A DNA stretch of 64,000 bases from an uncultured Planctomycetaceae bacterium (GCA_963813715.1 CAWFAK010000009.1:416001-480000), one strand, 5' to 3'. Shown: positions 1 to 10,771, counted from the stretch's first letter. Program-made: numbers and translations. Notes: generated by a model from the letters alone, not told the origin.

Positions 1-727
1 CGGCCAGTTCATGGATCTCGTCTTCCACAAGCTGACCGGCAAATGCCACGCCAGCGGCCCCGGCCAGCTCCGTGTCTGGCGGCACAACGAGCACGGGCAG
101 TCGGGCATTGCCTCGGTGATGAATGTGCAATCAAACGCCCCTCCCAAGGCGCACAAGTCGAGCGCTTGGGAATTCAACCAGGTCAATTTCCAGGGCACGA
201 TGGATGGGGACTTCAGCGACTTGATGGCCGGCCGTTCGCGGCCCAAGTCGACATCCGCGCCGAAGATTCAGCCGACTGCGGCCAGCAGCTCGATCCTGGC
301 GACCAACGGCGCGTGGTCCACGAACTTCTATGTTCGCGTCGAAGTGATTTACGGGCCGGTCGACCTGCCAATGGAACTCGTCAGCCGCGACGACCTTTCG
401 GAAGACTCGGGCTGCCTGCTCTGCGACTCGCTGCAGGTGACCCAGCATCCGCAAGCGGGAACGGTCCCTCAGCACATCGAAATGCTGGCGCGGGGCAATT
501 CGCGGATCGAGGGCAAAACTTTCTGGGGCGAATCCGGCACCATCACCTACGACGGCTCGAAATCGCAGTACGTGCTGATCGGCAACAGCGCGGGATTGGC
601 GCGGCTGTGGCGGCAGCTCAAAATCGGCGCGACCCCCAACACCAACGCGGCGTACAAGATCTATTTCAATCCGATCACGCACACGGTGAAGGAAGACGCC
701 GCTCAGATCTTCGATATCGCGCAGTAG
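1..727 (+). CDS. C-terminal part of a large hypothetical protein (possibly OstA/LptA-like beta-jellyroll repeats); 5' end lies outside the window
   Basis: The frame of ORF 11..727 is open to the window edge, with GC3-biased codons. Beta-strand-like segments such as IEMLARGNSRIEGKTFWGESGTITYDGSKSQYVLIG. The family assignment is tentative. Confidence 0.55.
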   Translation, partial: GQFMDLVFHKLTGKCHASGPGQLRVWRHNEHGQSGIASVMNVQSNAPPKAHKSSAWEFNQVNFQGTMDGDFSDLMAGRSRPKSTSAPKIQPTAASSSILATNGAWSTNFYVRVEVIYGPVDLPMELVSRDDLSEDSGCLLCDSLQVTQHPQAGTVPQHIEMLARGNSRIEGKTFWGESGTITYDGSKSQYVLIGNSAGLARLWRQLKIGATPNTNAAYKIYFNPITHTVKEDAAQIFDIAQ

Positions 728-763
728 TCCCGCTCACAATCCCGAGACATTTGGCGGCGCCGG

Positions 764-1762
764 TTACTGCTCGTCGAGGCTCACCTGCTGCCCGTCCGAG
801 CGCCCGCCCAAGGCCCGCCAGGTCGACAGGTCGATCGAGTTGCCGATCGTGTGGCCCGATCCGTCCATGAACAGCACGTTGACGCTCATCGGGTGATAAC
901 TTCGCGACGTTGACGCGTACCGCACCGGTCCCGTGCAGTTGGCCGCTTCGTCCTCGCGGCACGAGCAATAGTCTCCGTCCGGAGCCGACAGCGGAGCATC
1001 CCCCGTTGCGCCGGCAATCGGCGTCACCGAGTTCGGCGTGAACGTGGTCGTGAATCCGCTCTGATACAGCAGGCCGTCCATCCACTCGGTGTGATCGAAC
1101 AGGTTCCTGAACTGACCCGCGCTGTACGCGGTGAGCGACGTTGGCGGAGCGGTCGGCGAATCGTTGCCGTTGCGCACGAGCGGCATGAAGGCTTTGACCT
1201 CGGCAAAGGCCAGCGTTTGGCTCAAGCCGTCGGTAAACCAGCTCGGCGAGGCCTTCGAGTTCGGATAGAAGGCGCCGTCGCCCCCCGTTTTCGTCGCCGG
1301 GTCGTAATACTGCCACGTGCCGCCGTTGTAACCGTAATTGGTCGGCCAGGTCGTGCCGTGCGGCTTGGCGTTGATCTCATCCGGGCAAATGTAGAGGGTC
1401 ATCTTGTCGGGCAATACGGGATTGCCGGTGAGGTAATTGTTGTTGTGTGTGTTGGCGGCCGTAAAGGCGGCGTTCTGCTCGACGTAAGGAAGCAGCCGCA
1501 CCAGGATGCCCCACAGTCCACCCGACGTCGTAGTCACGCTATTGATGCACATACTGGGCGGAAAGACACGGCACGCCTCTTGATAGTTGTGCAGCGCCAG
1601 CCCGATCTGCTTGAGATTGTTGCGACACGTCGTGCGTCGAGCGGCTTCACGCGCCCCCTGCACGGCGGGCAACAGCAGCGAGATCAACATCGAAATGATG
1701 GCGATGACGACCAGCAGTTCGATCAATGTGAAGCCGCGACGCGGTTGCGAAATCGGGAACAT
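764..1762 (-). CDS. DUF1559 (SBP_bac_10) protein with prepilin-type N-terminal cleavage/methylation motif
   Basis: [53 protein letters not shown] and C-terminal H-x9-DG motif ([15 protein letters not shown]), typical of planctomycetes. Confidence 0.93.
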   Translation of the reverse strand: MFPISQPRRGFTLIELLVVIAIISMLISLLLPAVQGAREAARRTTCRNNLKQIGLALHNYQEACRVFPPSMCINSVTTTSGGLWGILVRLLPYVEQNAAFTAANTHNNNYLTGNPVLPDKMTLYICPDEINAKPHGTTWPTNYGYNGGTWQYYDPATKTGGDGAFYPNSKASPSWFTDGLSQTLAFAEVKAFMPLVRNGNDSPTAPPTSLTAYSAGQFRNLFDHTEWMDGLLYQSGFTTTFTPNSVTPIAGATGDAPLSAPDGDYCSCREDEAANCTGPVRYASTSRSYHPMSVNVLFMDGSGHTIGNSIDLSTWRALGGRSDGQQVSLDEQ

Positions 1763-1891
1763 GGTCAGCCTCCTCAGGTGGGAATCGACAACTGGAAAAC
1801 GGAGGAAGGCGGACGACCGCTTCCTTCCGAGCTCCCGAGGCAGGCTGGCAGAGGCTGGCTGGCCGGAGCGTGATTACTCAGCCCAATTAAT

Positions 1892-1906
1892 TGAGATTGA
1901 GTCTCA
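1892..1906. promoter_or_regulatory. Fur-box-like 7-1-7 palindrome upstream of the DUF1559 gene
   Basis: TGAGATT-G-AGTCTCA (6/7 inverted match) in an AT-rich patch ~130 bp upstream of the start; resembles TGA(T/G)AAT-n-ATT(A/C)TCA. Confidence 0.45.
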
Positions 1907-2292
1907 CTTGCAACAAGTTAGCTCCGCCTACTCCCATTTGCAAGCGTTCGGCTGAAAGAAACGATCCGGATTCTGCGAAAACTGATCTTGGACGGATCAC
2001 GGTTTTGTGGCTGAATGGAGAGAGCGGATTCGGCGCGAGCGGCTTTGTGCGCATGGATGGCGCCCCGCGGCGAGACGAAAAAGCATCCCCGCGTGCCGGG
2101 ACCAAGTTGTCCCGCCGGGTCCGCCAGAAGTGGTCCCGCCGGGACGGGTCCCTCACAATTGATATAAGGGGGGTGGACCCACCGCTGGGAGTCCCACCGG
2201 TCAGCGGCTATCCGGCCCGGACAAGTTGTACTAAGGAGCCGCGCACGCCAGTAAGCGGTGCCTTTGCCCGGGCCGGGACACGTTCGGTTCGA

Positions 2293-2357
2293 GTCCAAGG
2301 TCCAAGGTCGAAAATCATCGGCTCGCAATCCTGACTTTGGACTGCGGGACTTTGGAC
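2293..2357. repeat. Inverted array of 7-bp GTCCAAR units (short copy)
   Basis: GTCCAAG GTCCAAG GTCGAAA ... TTTGGAC TGCGGGAC TTTGGAC. Confidence 0.65.
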
Positions 2358-2702
2358 CAACCTCGGGACGGGACACGTTGTTTCATCGAGCATACCCCCG
2401 CGAATTTCGTTCTCTCCCACACGACCGAGCTGGCTGACGTTCATCCGGCAAAGCGGGGTGGCGAGGGCGAAGAGTGGGACGGGACTCGAACGACACACCG
2501 GGCGGACAAGCGAAACGGGAGGGTGGAAAGAGATTGGCCGGTGGGTCGGGACTTCTTGATTCACTCGGTAGTTGACCCACGCCCTCTCGACCGGGACGGG
2601 ACACGCGCGCGATCGGAGAACTGCGAAACCCGCCGGCGCCGCCTGGAACGTCATTCAGCCTGAGCGGCGACAGAGAGGAAGAAAACCGCCGCGCGGCGCG
2701 AT

Positions 2703-3534
2703 TCAGTTCGTCACCAACTCGCTCTTGGCCCCGGTGCCCCATTCGTGGGCCGTCATCTCGACGTTGGTCTGCGTCAGCGCTTTGTAGCTCTGCCGGGGCT
2801 GCGTGCTGTCTTTGCGTTCGAGCAGCGTCTTGACGGTCCATTTCACCAGGCCGAACGGAATCGTGGTGCCGTCACTGCGCCAGACCTCGGCTTCGTTCGT
2901 GCTCCGTTCGATGTCGCTTTCGATCGAACGTTTGGCCTTGAACTTCTGCGTTTTGATCGGGGCCGCGCATCCCGGCAGCGAGATATCCTCGCTGTCGTTG
3001 CCATTCACTTCGACGGCCTCGTAATGCATCACCGGGGCGACCAGCGGAAATACCTGCAAGGCTGCCGGCCGGCAGCGGGCTCACCTGGCCGCCGGTTTTG
3101 CGGAAACCCTTGATGACGTCGAGAAACGAGAAGGGAATCTTGCCCCCGTCGGCCAGCTGACCGACCACGCGTTCCTCCGGCACCAGCACTTTATAGATCC
3201 GCTCGCCGACAGGACCGGCCTCGATCCCCGACTCGCTCGGCTTGCCAGTGACGACCTTGATTTCGATCCACCGGCAGGGGACCTGCTTGCCACGAAAGGC
3301 GGCCGTCTCGGTGCCGACCGATTTCACTGTCAGCTGCTGAATCCATTCCATGGTGATGTCGCCTTCCGCCGCGTCGGGCCGGAACTCGACCTGCTTGACC
3401 GTCCCTTCAAAGCGCACCCAGGCGCCGTCTTGCTTGGGCAGGGTCAGGATCACACCCTGGGCGGTCGCCGATCGCAGCGAACCCAGGATCACCAACCCGG
3501 CCAGCGACAGCATCCAAACACGATTGCGACCCAT
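2703..3534 (-). CDS. Hypothetical secreted protein (one indel near 3060)
   Basis: Signal-peptide-like [27 protein letters not shown] in ORF 2872..3630. The coding-like sequence continues in ORF 2703..3059 (QVFPLVAPVMHYEAVEVNG...GAKSELVTN). Confidence 0.7.
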
Positions 3535-3560
3535 GGGCTGACTCCGAGGCATTTTTTTTG

Positions 3561-3663
3561 GTCCAAAGTCCAAGGTCCAAAGTCCAGGGTCGGAAGGCGA
3601 TCCAAGTCGGCGGGACCTGAATTTCGACATTGGACCTTGGACTTTGGACCTTCAACTTTCGAG
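3561..3663. repeat. Inverted array of 7-bp GTCCAAR units (long copy)
   Basis: GTCCAAA GTCCAAG GTCCAAA GTCCAGG GTCGGAA, a spacer, then the reverse complements TTTCGAC ATTGGAC CTTGGAC TTTGGAC CTTCAAC TTTCGAG. Confidence 0.8.
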
Positions 3664-3725
3664 CTACTTAGAGTCTGTCACAGCGCGGGGGTCCAGGCAA
3701 GCGGCGATAGTCAGGATACCGCTTC

Positions 3726-3754
3726 TTGACCCGGGTAATCGGGGGACCTATTCT
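3726..3754 (+). promoter_or_regulatory. Putative sigma70-type promoter of sppA
   Basis: TTGACC-17 bp-TATTCT, ~110 bp upstream of the ATG. Confidence 0.4.
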
Positions 3755-3863
3755 GAACCTCGGATGCGCCGGGGGCTGCAAATTAGCGATTGTGCCGTTT
3801 TCCCCGCGCTGTCCTTCATGGAATGAACGTCCGAACCGCGAGCTGCCGGGGAGATTTGAAACG

Positions 3864-5681
3864 ATGCGAGAATGCCGGTCCTTGGTTGTAGCGTGCTTTG
3901 CCTCCCTGTTGCTCGCTGGCACCGCGTGCCAGGCCGCGAAGGCCGACAAGGATGCCAAGAAAGAAGTCAAACCCCTCCGCTTCGGCGAGATCGAGCTGAA
4001 GGGGGCCTATCCGGAAGGGGCCGCCGCGTCGGGCCTGTTCAGCGCGAACGTCGAAACCTTGGCCGAACTGATCACCCGCATCGACAAGGCCACCGCGGAC
4101 GAGAAGATCGACGGCGTCGTGCTGAAGATCAACGGCGCGACGCTCGGCTGGGCCAAAGTCAACGAGTTGCGGCAGGCCATCGCCCATCTGCGGGCCAAAG
4201 GGAAGACGGCAATTGCCTACTTCGACTCGGCCGAGACGCACGACTATCTCTTGGCGTGCGCTTGCAACCAGATCGTGATGCCCGAATCGGGCGAATTGGC
4301 CATGCTGGGCCTCCGCGCCGAAGTCATGTTCTACAAGAACCTGCTCGACTGGCTGCACGTGAAGGCCGAGATGCTCCGCGTCGGCGAGTTCAAGTCGGCC
4401 GCCGAGCCTTTCGACCGCACCGAAATGAGCAAAGAGTTCCGGCTGGAGATGGAAGCCATCCTGGACGACTACGTGCGGCAGATCGTCGACGGCGTGGGCG
4501 AATCGCGGAAGATGCCCGGCAAGCAGGTAATGGAGATCATCGACAACGGCCCTTACTCGGCCAAGCAGGCCTATGCCCACGGTCTGATCGACCACGTCGG
4601 ATACGAGGACCAGGTCGAAGGCTTCATCAAGGCGGCCGCCCAGGACGAAAAACGTCCCGTCGAGATCACCAAGAACTACGGCAAGAAGAAGTCGGACAAC
4701 GATTTCAGCGGCTTCGCCGGCATGATGAAGATGATGAATCTGCTGATGGGAGGCGAATCGCAAAAGCGAATCGGCTCCAAGCCCAAGGTGGCGGTCGTGC
4801 ACGCGGTGGGCACCATCGTCAGCGGCAAGAGCACGGCCAGCTTCTTCGGCGGCGAGTCGCTCGGATCAGAAACGTTCATCAAAGCGATCAAGCAGGCCGC
4901 CGAGGAAAAGAGCGTCAAGGCGATCGTGCTGCGCGTCGATAGCCCCGGCGGCAGCGCACTGGCCAGCGACCTGATGTGGCGTGCTCTGCAGAAGGCGGGC
5001 AAGCCAATCGTCGTCAGCATGGGCGACGTGGCGGCCAGCGGCGGCTACTACATCTCGATGGGCGCCAATCACATCTTCGCCGAGCCAGGCACGCTCACCG
5101 GATCGATCGGCGTCGTCGGCGGCAAAGTGGCGATCGGCGGACTGTTGGACAAGGTCGGCATTACCACCAGCGTGATCAGCCGCGGCAAGAACAGCGGCAT
5201 CATGAGCATGGTCTCCGGCTTCACGCCGACCGAGCGGCTGTCGATGCAGCACATGCTCGACGAAATCTACGGCCAGTTCACCCGCAAGGCGGCCGAGGGT
5301 CGCAAGATGGAATACAGCCAGCTGGAAAAACTGGCCCGCGGCCGCGTCTACACCGGTGCGATGGCGCTCAAGCTGAACCTGGTTGACGAACTGGGCACGC
5401 TCGACGACGCCGTGCGTTATGCGGCGAAGCTCGGCGGACTGCCGGCAGGCGAAAAGATCGATCGCTGGCTGCTGCCGCCGCCGGTGAGCCCGCTCGAGGC
5501 CATTTTCGGCTCGATGGACAGCGACGCCGAGTCGTCGGTGGCACTCAATCGCGGCGTCGCGCAGGCGCTGCGTCAGTTCTCCCCCGAGCTGGCTGAGTCG
5601 CTACAGGGGGCCTGGCTCATCAATTTGCTGGCTCGTGAGCCCCGGCTGACATTGATGCCCTTCCGGATTCGCGTACACTAG
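3864..5681 (+). CDS. sppA: Signal peptide peptidase SppA (long, two-domain S49 family)
   Basis: RVGEFKSAAEPF, VLRVDSPGGSALAS, SMGDVAASGGYY, TLTGSIGV and ARGRVYTG motifs. Start set at ATG 3864 (signal peptide MRECRSLVVACFASLLLAG). Confidence 0.93.
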   Translation: MRECRSLVVACFASLLLAGTACQAAKADKDAKKEVKPLRFGEIELKGAYPEGAAASGLFSANVETLAELITRIDKATADEKIDGVVLKINGATLGWAKVNELRQAIAHLRAKGKTAIAYFDSAETHDYLLACACNQIVMPESGELAMLGLRAEVMFYKNLLDWLHVKAEMLRVGEFKSAAEPFDRTEMSKEFRLEMEAILDDYVRQIVDGVGESRKMPGKQVMEIIDNGPYSAKQAYAHGLIDHVGYEDQVEGFIKAAAQDEKRPVEITKNYGKKKSDNDFSGFAGMMKMMNLLMGGESQKRIGSKPKVAVVHAVGTIVSGKSTASFFGGESLGSETFIKAIKQAAEEKSVKAIVLRVDSPGGSALASDLMWRALQKAGKPIVVSMGDVAASGGYYISMGANHIFAEPGTLTGSIGVVGGKVAIGGLLDKVGITTSVISRGKNSGIMSMVSGFTPTERLSMQHMLDEIYGQFTRKAAEGRKMEYSQLEKLARGRVYTGAMALKLNLVDELGTLDDAVRYAAKLGGLPAGEKIDRWLLPPPVSPLEAIFGSMDSDAESSVALNRGVAQALRQFSPELAESLQGAWLINLLAREPRLTLMPFRIRVH

Positions 5682-5858
5682 ACGTCGTCGGACATCGAAT
5701 CTGCGTTTCGCGTGCACTGAGGCGAATGCGCTTTCTCGCCTCAGTGTTTCGCGAATCACGCAGGTGCCGAACACACACCGCCTCAGCGGAGCGCACCGGC
5801 TCCCCCCAGCCGGTCCCCGCGGACAACGTCCATCCCGCCTGACAGCCGAGGAGTCGGC

Positions 5859-8022
5859 ATGTTCTCGTTGCTCGGAGAGAGCGGCCGGCTGTGCGACGGC
5901 ATCAGCCGTCGCGAGCTGCTGCGAATCGGTGGGCTCAGCGCGCTGGGACTGTCGCTCCCCGACCTGCTGCGTGCGTCGCAGACCGCCGGGCCGCCCAAGG
6001 GCATCATCAACGATCCGACGTTCGGCCGCGCGAAAAACATTCTCTACATTTGGCTGCAAGGCGGCCCGCCGCAGCACGAAACCTTCGACCCTAAGCCCGA
6101 CGCGCCGATCGAAATCCGTGGCCCGTTCAAACCGATCCAGACAAATGTCCCCGGCATTCAGTTCAGCGAGCTGTTGCCGCGAATCTCCCGGATCGCCGAC
6201 AAGCTGGCCGTCGTCCGCTCGCTGCACACCGACAACGACCTGCACGATGCCAGCGGCTACGAGGTGCTCACCGGTTATCGGTACACGGGGACGAACTCAC
6301 GGCAAATCAGCCCCACCGATTGGCCCTACTTCGGCTCGGTGGTCAAGCTGCTCAAGCCGAGCCAGAAGCTACCGCCCCTGACGACGGTGTGGCTGCCCGA
6401 CATTATGCGGCTCAACGAAAACGTGACGCCCGCCGGCCAGACGGGTGGCATCTTGGGCCGGCAGTGGGATCCGGACCGATTCATCGGCGACCCCTCGCGA
6501 CCCGACTACAAGGTCGAGGGCCTCCGCGTGACGGACATCGCGCCCTTGCGACTCAACCAGCGGATCTCGCTGTTGGAACAAGTCGAGCGGCACTTCAAGT
6601 CCGAGGCGATCACTCGCAACGTCGGCCTGTACGACACGTTTCAGGGGCAGGCGTTTGACCTGCTGACATCGGGCCGCGTGCAGCGGGCCTTCAACGTGCA
6701 GGAAGAGTCGGCCAAAGTCCGCGACCGCTACACCCGCACGCAGTGGGGCCAGACGCTTCTCCTGGCCCGGCGGCTGATCGAGACGGGGGTGCGGCTCGTG
6801 CATGTCAACTGGTGCCGCGAGCCGGGCGACTCGGCCGTCGACAATCCGATGTGGGACACGCACGCACAAAATGCCGACCGCCTGGAAGACGTGCTCTGCC
6901 CACTCTTCGACACGGGCTTCACCGCCCTGATGGAAGACCTCGCGGTGCGCGGCCTGTTGCACGAAACGCTCGTCGTGGTCATCGGCGAGTTTGGTCGCAC
7001 GCCCAAGATCAACGGAGCGGGCGGGCGCGACCACTGGGGTCACGTCTTCAGTTTCGCACTGGCCGGGGCCGGGATCTGCACAGGCCAGGTTTATGGCTCG
7101 AGTGACCGCGACGGAGCATACCCCGCCCGCGACGCGGTGACTGCCGCCGACCTGACCGCCACGCTCTTTCATTCGTTGGGCATCGATCACGAATCGACGT
7201 TCCGCGACGCGGAGGGACGCGAACACCGGCTGACGCTCGGCTCGCCGATCCGCGCGCTGTTGGGTGGCGGAGTGGCAACGGCCGACCGCACCCTGCCCGA
7301 CGGCAGCGTGCTCGGCGCTTCCTTCGACACGAGTCTGTTGCTGAATCCCGACTTCGCCCAACCGACCGGTTTGTACCCGGTCGATCGCGGTTCCCGACCG
7401 AAGGGCTGGCGTGCCGCTCCGCTGCCGAGCGACGAGGATCATGGCTTCGGCGTGCGGCTGAGTCCTCGCTCCGACGCGCCGAACGCGGGCACGAAGTTCG
7501 GGGCCAAGCGCCACGCCCTGATCGGTGTCGGGACGAACGGCGGCGCCGCGACAGTCCGTGTCGCCAGGGGCGAACGGGCGATCCTCGCCCAGGAGATGCG
7601 GAACCCGCGAGCCGGCCGCTTCACTTTCACGGTTGAGGCCTGCATCGCCGGTCGGTCGCGGGCCGCCTGCGAGCTCTTTCAAAAGAACTTCGCCTGCCGG
7701 CTGGTGATCTATCGCTTCACGACACCCGACAAAAATCCGCTCCAGCGACAGGAGTTCGGCTCGCTCGCGATCGATCCGCCACTCGTCGTCGGGGACGCAC
7801 CGGCCTGCGCGACTTTCGAGTTCTCACGCGTGCTCGACGGGGCAGGTCCGGGGCAGAACTTCAGCATCGGCCTGGGCCTGGGCGTCTCGATCGAAGTCGA
7901 AAAGACGTCGGAGGGGACGTGGGAAGTCGGCGGCGCAGGCACCGGCGCCCGCCGCGCTCTACATCGCCGCCGCCCGTCTCACCTTCGCCAGCCGCACGAT
8001 CAACGACAAGGTCGTCGCCTGA
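5859..8022 (+). CDS. DUF1501 domain protein with ~250-aa C-terminal extension (probable indel near 7950)
   Basis: SRRELLRIG, WLQGGPPQHETFDPKP, WDTH, GEFGRTPKINGAGGRDHW. A shifted frame gives the plausible end ALYIAAARLTFASRTINDKVVA* at 8022. Confidence 0.88.
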
Positions 8023-8034
8023 TCCCGCTGTTCG

Positions 8035-8609
8035 CTCAGGGCCGTCAGGCTGCCGCCAGCGAGTGATTGCCTGCATGTCGAGCGCCGCATCGGCCGCCAT
8101 CTGCTCGCTGAGCGTGCGTTTCTGTTCCGGCGTGGCAAGCGAGAGCAGCTTCTGCAGCATGAGGGGCCGCGCGCTGCTCTTCGAATCTCCCTCGACGACT
8201 TCGCCGAGAAAGACCGTGCGATCACCAATGTCCATCCGAGTTTCGACCCGGCAGTCGAGCCAGGCCAACGCATCGCGAAGAATCGGGCTGCCGGTCGCGG
8301 CGTGTGCCGACGTCGAGACCGGCGAACTTATCGACGTCGCGGCTCGATTGCAGGCCGAACCGCCAAACCAAATCGGACTGCGATTCGTCGAGCAAGATGC
8401 ACCGCAAACGCGCCCGAGGCGTCGATCAACTTCCAGGTCGCGTGCGTCTTGGCAATGCCCGCGATCACGCGGGGCATCTCCGGGACGATGGACGCCGGCG
8501 CGACAAACGTCGCCACCAGGCCGGCCCGCTCGCCGTCGTGGGCGGCCGTCACGATCCAGACCTCGCGGTCGACCCGCTCGAACAGGCTGGCGACCTTTTT
8601 GAGGTCCAT
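8035..8609 (-). CDS. Flavin reductase (DIM6/NTAB) family protein, broken by indels; 3' end approximate
   Basis: REVWIVTAAHDGERAGLVATFV...GAFAVHL / LVWRFGLQSSRDVDKFAG / GSPILRDALAWLDCRVETRMDIGDRTVFLGEVVEG across three frames. Confidence 0.8.
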
Positions 8610-8642
8610 GAAAATGGTCGCAGTGCGGCGGAGCGGTGCCGC

Positions 8643-8972
8643 TCAGTTCGCGTTGCAGTCGAACACCCGCACCTGGGCCCACGTTTCCTTGTTTTCGGCG
8701 ATGAATCGCAGGTGCGTCTCGCTAACCTGGTAATCGTCGTGGGCTTGGCGGCCGTCAAAGATGATGTGCAGCCCGACGTGGAAGTCGGTCACGTTCACCC
8801 CCCGGGTCAGGTCGGGCACGCGCGGGCCAGCCGCGAAATAAAGAATGCCCGGGGCCACCTTCAGATATTTGTGACAGTCGGCCAGCAGCTTGTCCTGTGC
8901 CGCCGGCGACGGATCCTTCAGCGTGAAATAGACCATGTGGGCGATGACGGGGCGGGTCGACGGTGCGGACAT
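8643..8972 (-). CDS. Dabb family stress-responsive alpha/beta-barrel protein
   Basis: AHMVYFTLKD...FHVGLHIIFDGRQAHDDYQVSETHLRFI...VRVFD. Confidence 0.88.
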   Translation of the reverse strand: MSAPSTRPVIAHMVYFTLKDPSPAAQDKLLADCHKYLKVAPGILYFAAGPRVPDLTRGVNVTDFHVGLHIIFDGRQAHDDYQVSETHLRFIAENKETWAQVRVFDCNAN

Positions 8973-9116
8973 TGCGGTGTTTCCTTGCGACGGCACGGAC
9001 GAGGCTGGGCCGGCCGGACAATTTCCGGCGCTGGTCACGAGCGATTCTGACGGCGGCTCCCCGGGCCCGCAAGCAGCGGGCTCCCGGCGCGGGCGTCGGC
9101 GGACAAAAGCGACAAG

Positions 9117-9146
9117 TTGACACGCTTCAAACGCGCGGATTAGACT
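9117..9146 (+). promoter_or_regulatory. Putative sigma70-type promoter of the exbB operon
   Basis: TTGACA-18 bp-TAGACT in the divergent intergenic region. Confidence 0.4.
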
Positions 9147-9361
9147 TCGAAAGGGGCCCGCCAACCGCGTGTTGCGCGCATTTTTCCGGGAATTCCGGCG
9201 GCTTTTTCTGCCAGCCGTGTGGAATCTGGCGAACGCAAAGCGGTATTAATTGAAGAGGCCGAACGGTCTGTCAGTCTTTCGCGTTTCAAATCGAGTGCCG
9301 GCCCCGCAAACTTTGATCTTTCCACCAAGGAAGCAGGCTGCGCCCCTAGGCGAGGACGAAC

Positions 9362-10224
9362 ATGAAGCGACAACCGGATTGGAAGCGCAGCTGGTGGTGC
9401 CTGGCCGCGATGCTGGCCGTGTGGGGCTACTGCTGGGCGATTGGCCCGATCGCAGTCGACGCCCAGGAGGCCAAAGGCAAGGCGGCCGCTCCGGCGCCCG
9501 CCGCCGCCCCCCTGCCGCCGCGCCGACCTCGACCTCGGAACCCGAAGCGGCTCCGCCCCCGAGCAAAAGCGTGCTCGTGTGGTTGATCGAAACGTCGGGG
9601 TGGATCGGGGCCGTCCTGCTGGTCCTCTCGATCTACTTCGTCGCCAAGATCGTGCACCTTTATTACGACATGCGGATGGAGGTCGCCGCCCCGCCCGAAA
9701 TCCTGCAGCAGTGCGAGACCCTGCTGAAGGCCAAAGACTTTATGGGCGTCTACAAGCTGGTGAAGGGGGACGACTCGTTCTTCAGCACCGTGCTGACGGC
9801 CGGCCTGGCCGAATTGCCCCAAGGCCTGGTCGAAGCCCGCGACGCCATGGAACGCGTGGGCGAAACGCTCGTTGTCGAAATGGAAACCAAGATCAGCATG
9901 CTCGCCGTCGTCGGCACGCTGGGGCCGATGATCGGTCTGTTGGGAACGCTCAAGGGCATGATCGCCAGCTTCAGCGCGATCGCCATGTCGGATACGCAGC
10001 TCAAGGCCAGCCAGGTGGCCGGCGGAATTTCCGAAGCACTCGTGCTCACCTTTGAAGGAGTCGGGCTCGCCGTGCCCGCGATCTTCTTCTTTGCCGTATT
10101 TCGCAACAAGGTCTCGTCGATCAGCACGGCCACCATGCTGGCGGCCGACGAATTTATCCGCCGCACGAACGCCCTCTTGCGAGCCAAGCCAACGACGGGG
10201 CCGATGGGGCCGACGACCGGCTGA
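9362..10224 (+). CDS. exbB: MotA/TolQ/ExbB proton channel family protein (indel near 9510)
   Basis: Signal peptide and Pro/Ala linker in ORF 9362; core LAVVGTLGPMIGLLGTLKGMIASF...AGGISEALVLTFEGVGLAVPAI in ORF 9250..10224. Confidence 0.88.
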
Positions 10225-10305
10225 CGGAATTCCCGCGAGACGACTGCAGGCAGCCCGGCGGCGGACTGCTCCACGGTTCACGGACGATCGATTCGGAAGA
10301 TCGGT

Positions 10306-10770
10306 ATGGCTCACTCCCCCCTGGATATGTCCACGGCGCAGCCGAACCTGACGCCGCTGTTGGACATGGTCTTTCAGCTGATCACGTTCTTCATGCTCGT
10401 GATCAACTTCAAGGATGCGGCCCTCGATCAATCGCTGCAGCTTCCGGTGTTGGGATCGGCCCGCCCGCTCGACACCAAGGGGCAGGAAGACCTGCTGGTC
10501 CTCAACATCGACGCCGAGGGACGGCTGAAGGTCTACGGCGTTCCGCGGGAGGTGCAGTCCTACATCGCCGACGAAGCGCGGCAGGAAGAAGCCCGCCTCA
10601 AGACCAAGGGGACGCCGCTTAAGGCGGGCGAAGAGCTGCCGACGATGGTGGTGATCCGCGCTGACCGGACGACTCCGTTCAAACTGCTCAACGACATCAT
10701 CAAGACGTGTCAGAAGCACAACTATCGCAAGTTCGCGCTCAAGGCCATGAATCGGCGGGAGGGACCCTGA
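10306..10770 (+). CDS. exbD: Biopolymer transporter ExbD/TolR
   Basis: PNLTPLLDMVFQLITFFML and VVIRADRTT motifs. Confidence 0.9.
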   Translation: MAHSPLDMSTAQPNLTPLLDMVFQLITFFMLVINFKDAALDQSLQLPVLGSARPLDTKGQEDLLVLNIDAEGRLKVYGVPREVQSYIADEARQEEARLKTKGTPLKAGEELPTMVVIRADRTTPFKLLNDIIKTCQKHNYRKFALKAMNRREGP

Positions 10771-10771
10771 C

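Noticed and set aside
2280..2495. tRNA T-arm-like strings (GGTTCGAGTCC at ~2286; reverse-strand GTTCGAGTCCC at ~2481) suggesting a tRNA, tmRNA or att site
   Set aside because: No cloverleaf, acceptor stem or CCA could be built around either, and there is no integrase nearby.
2141..3663. Repeats as a CRISPR array
   Set aside because: The units are 7-13 bp, degenerate and irregularly spaced or tandem. There is no 23-47-bp repeat with unique spacers and no cas genes.
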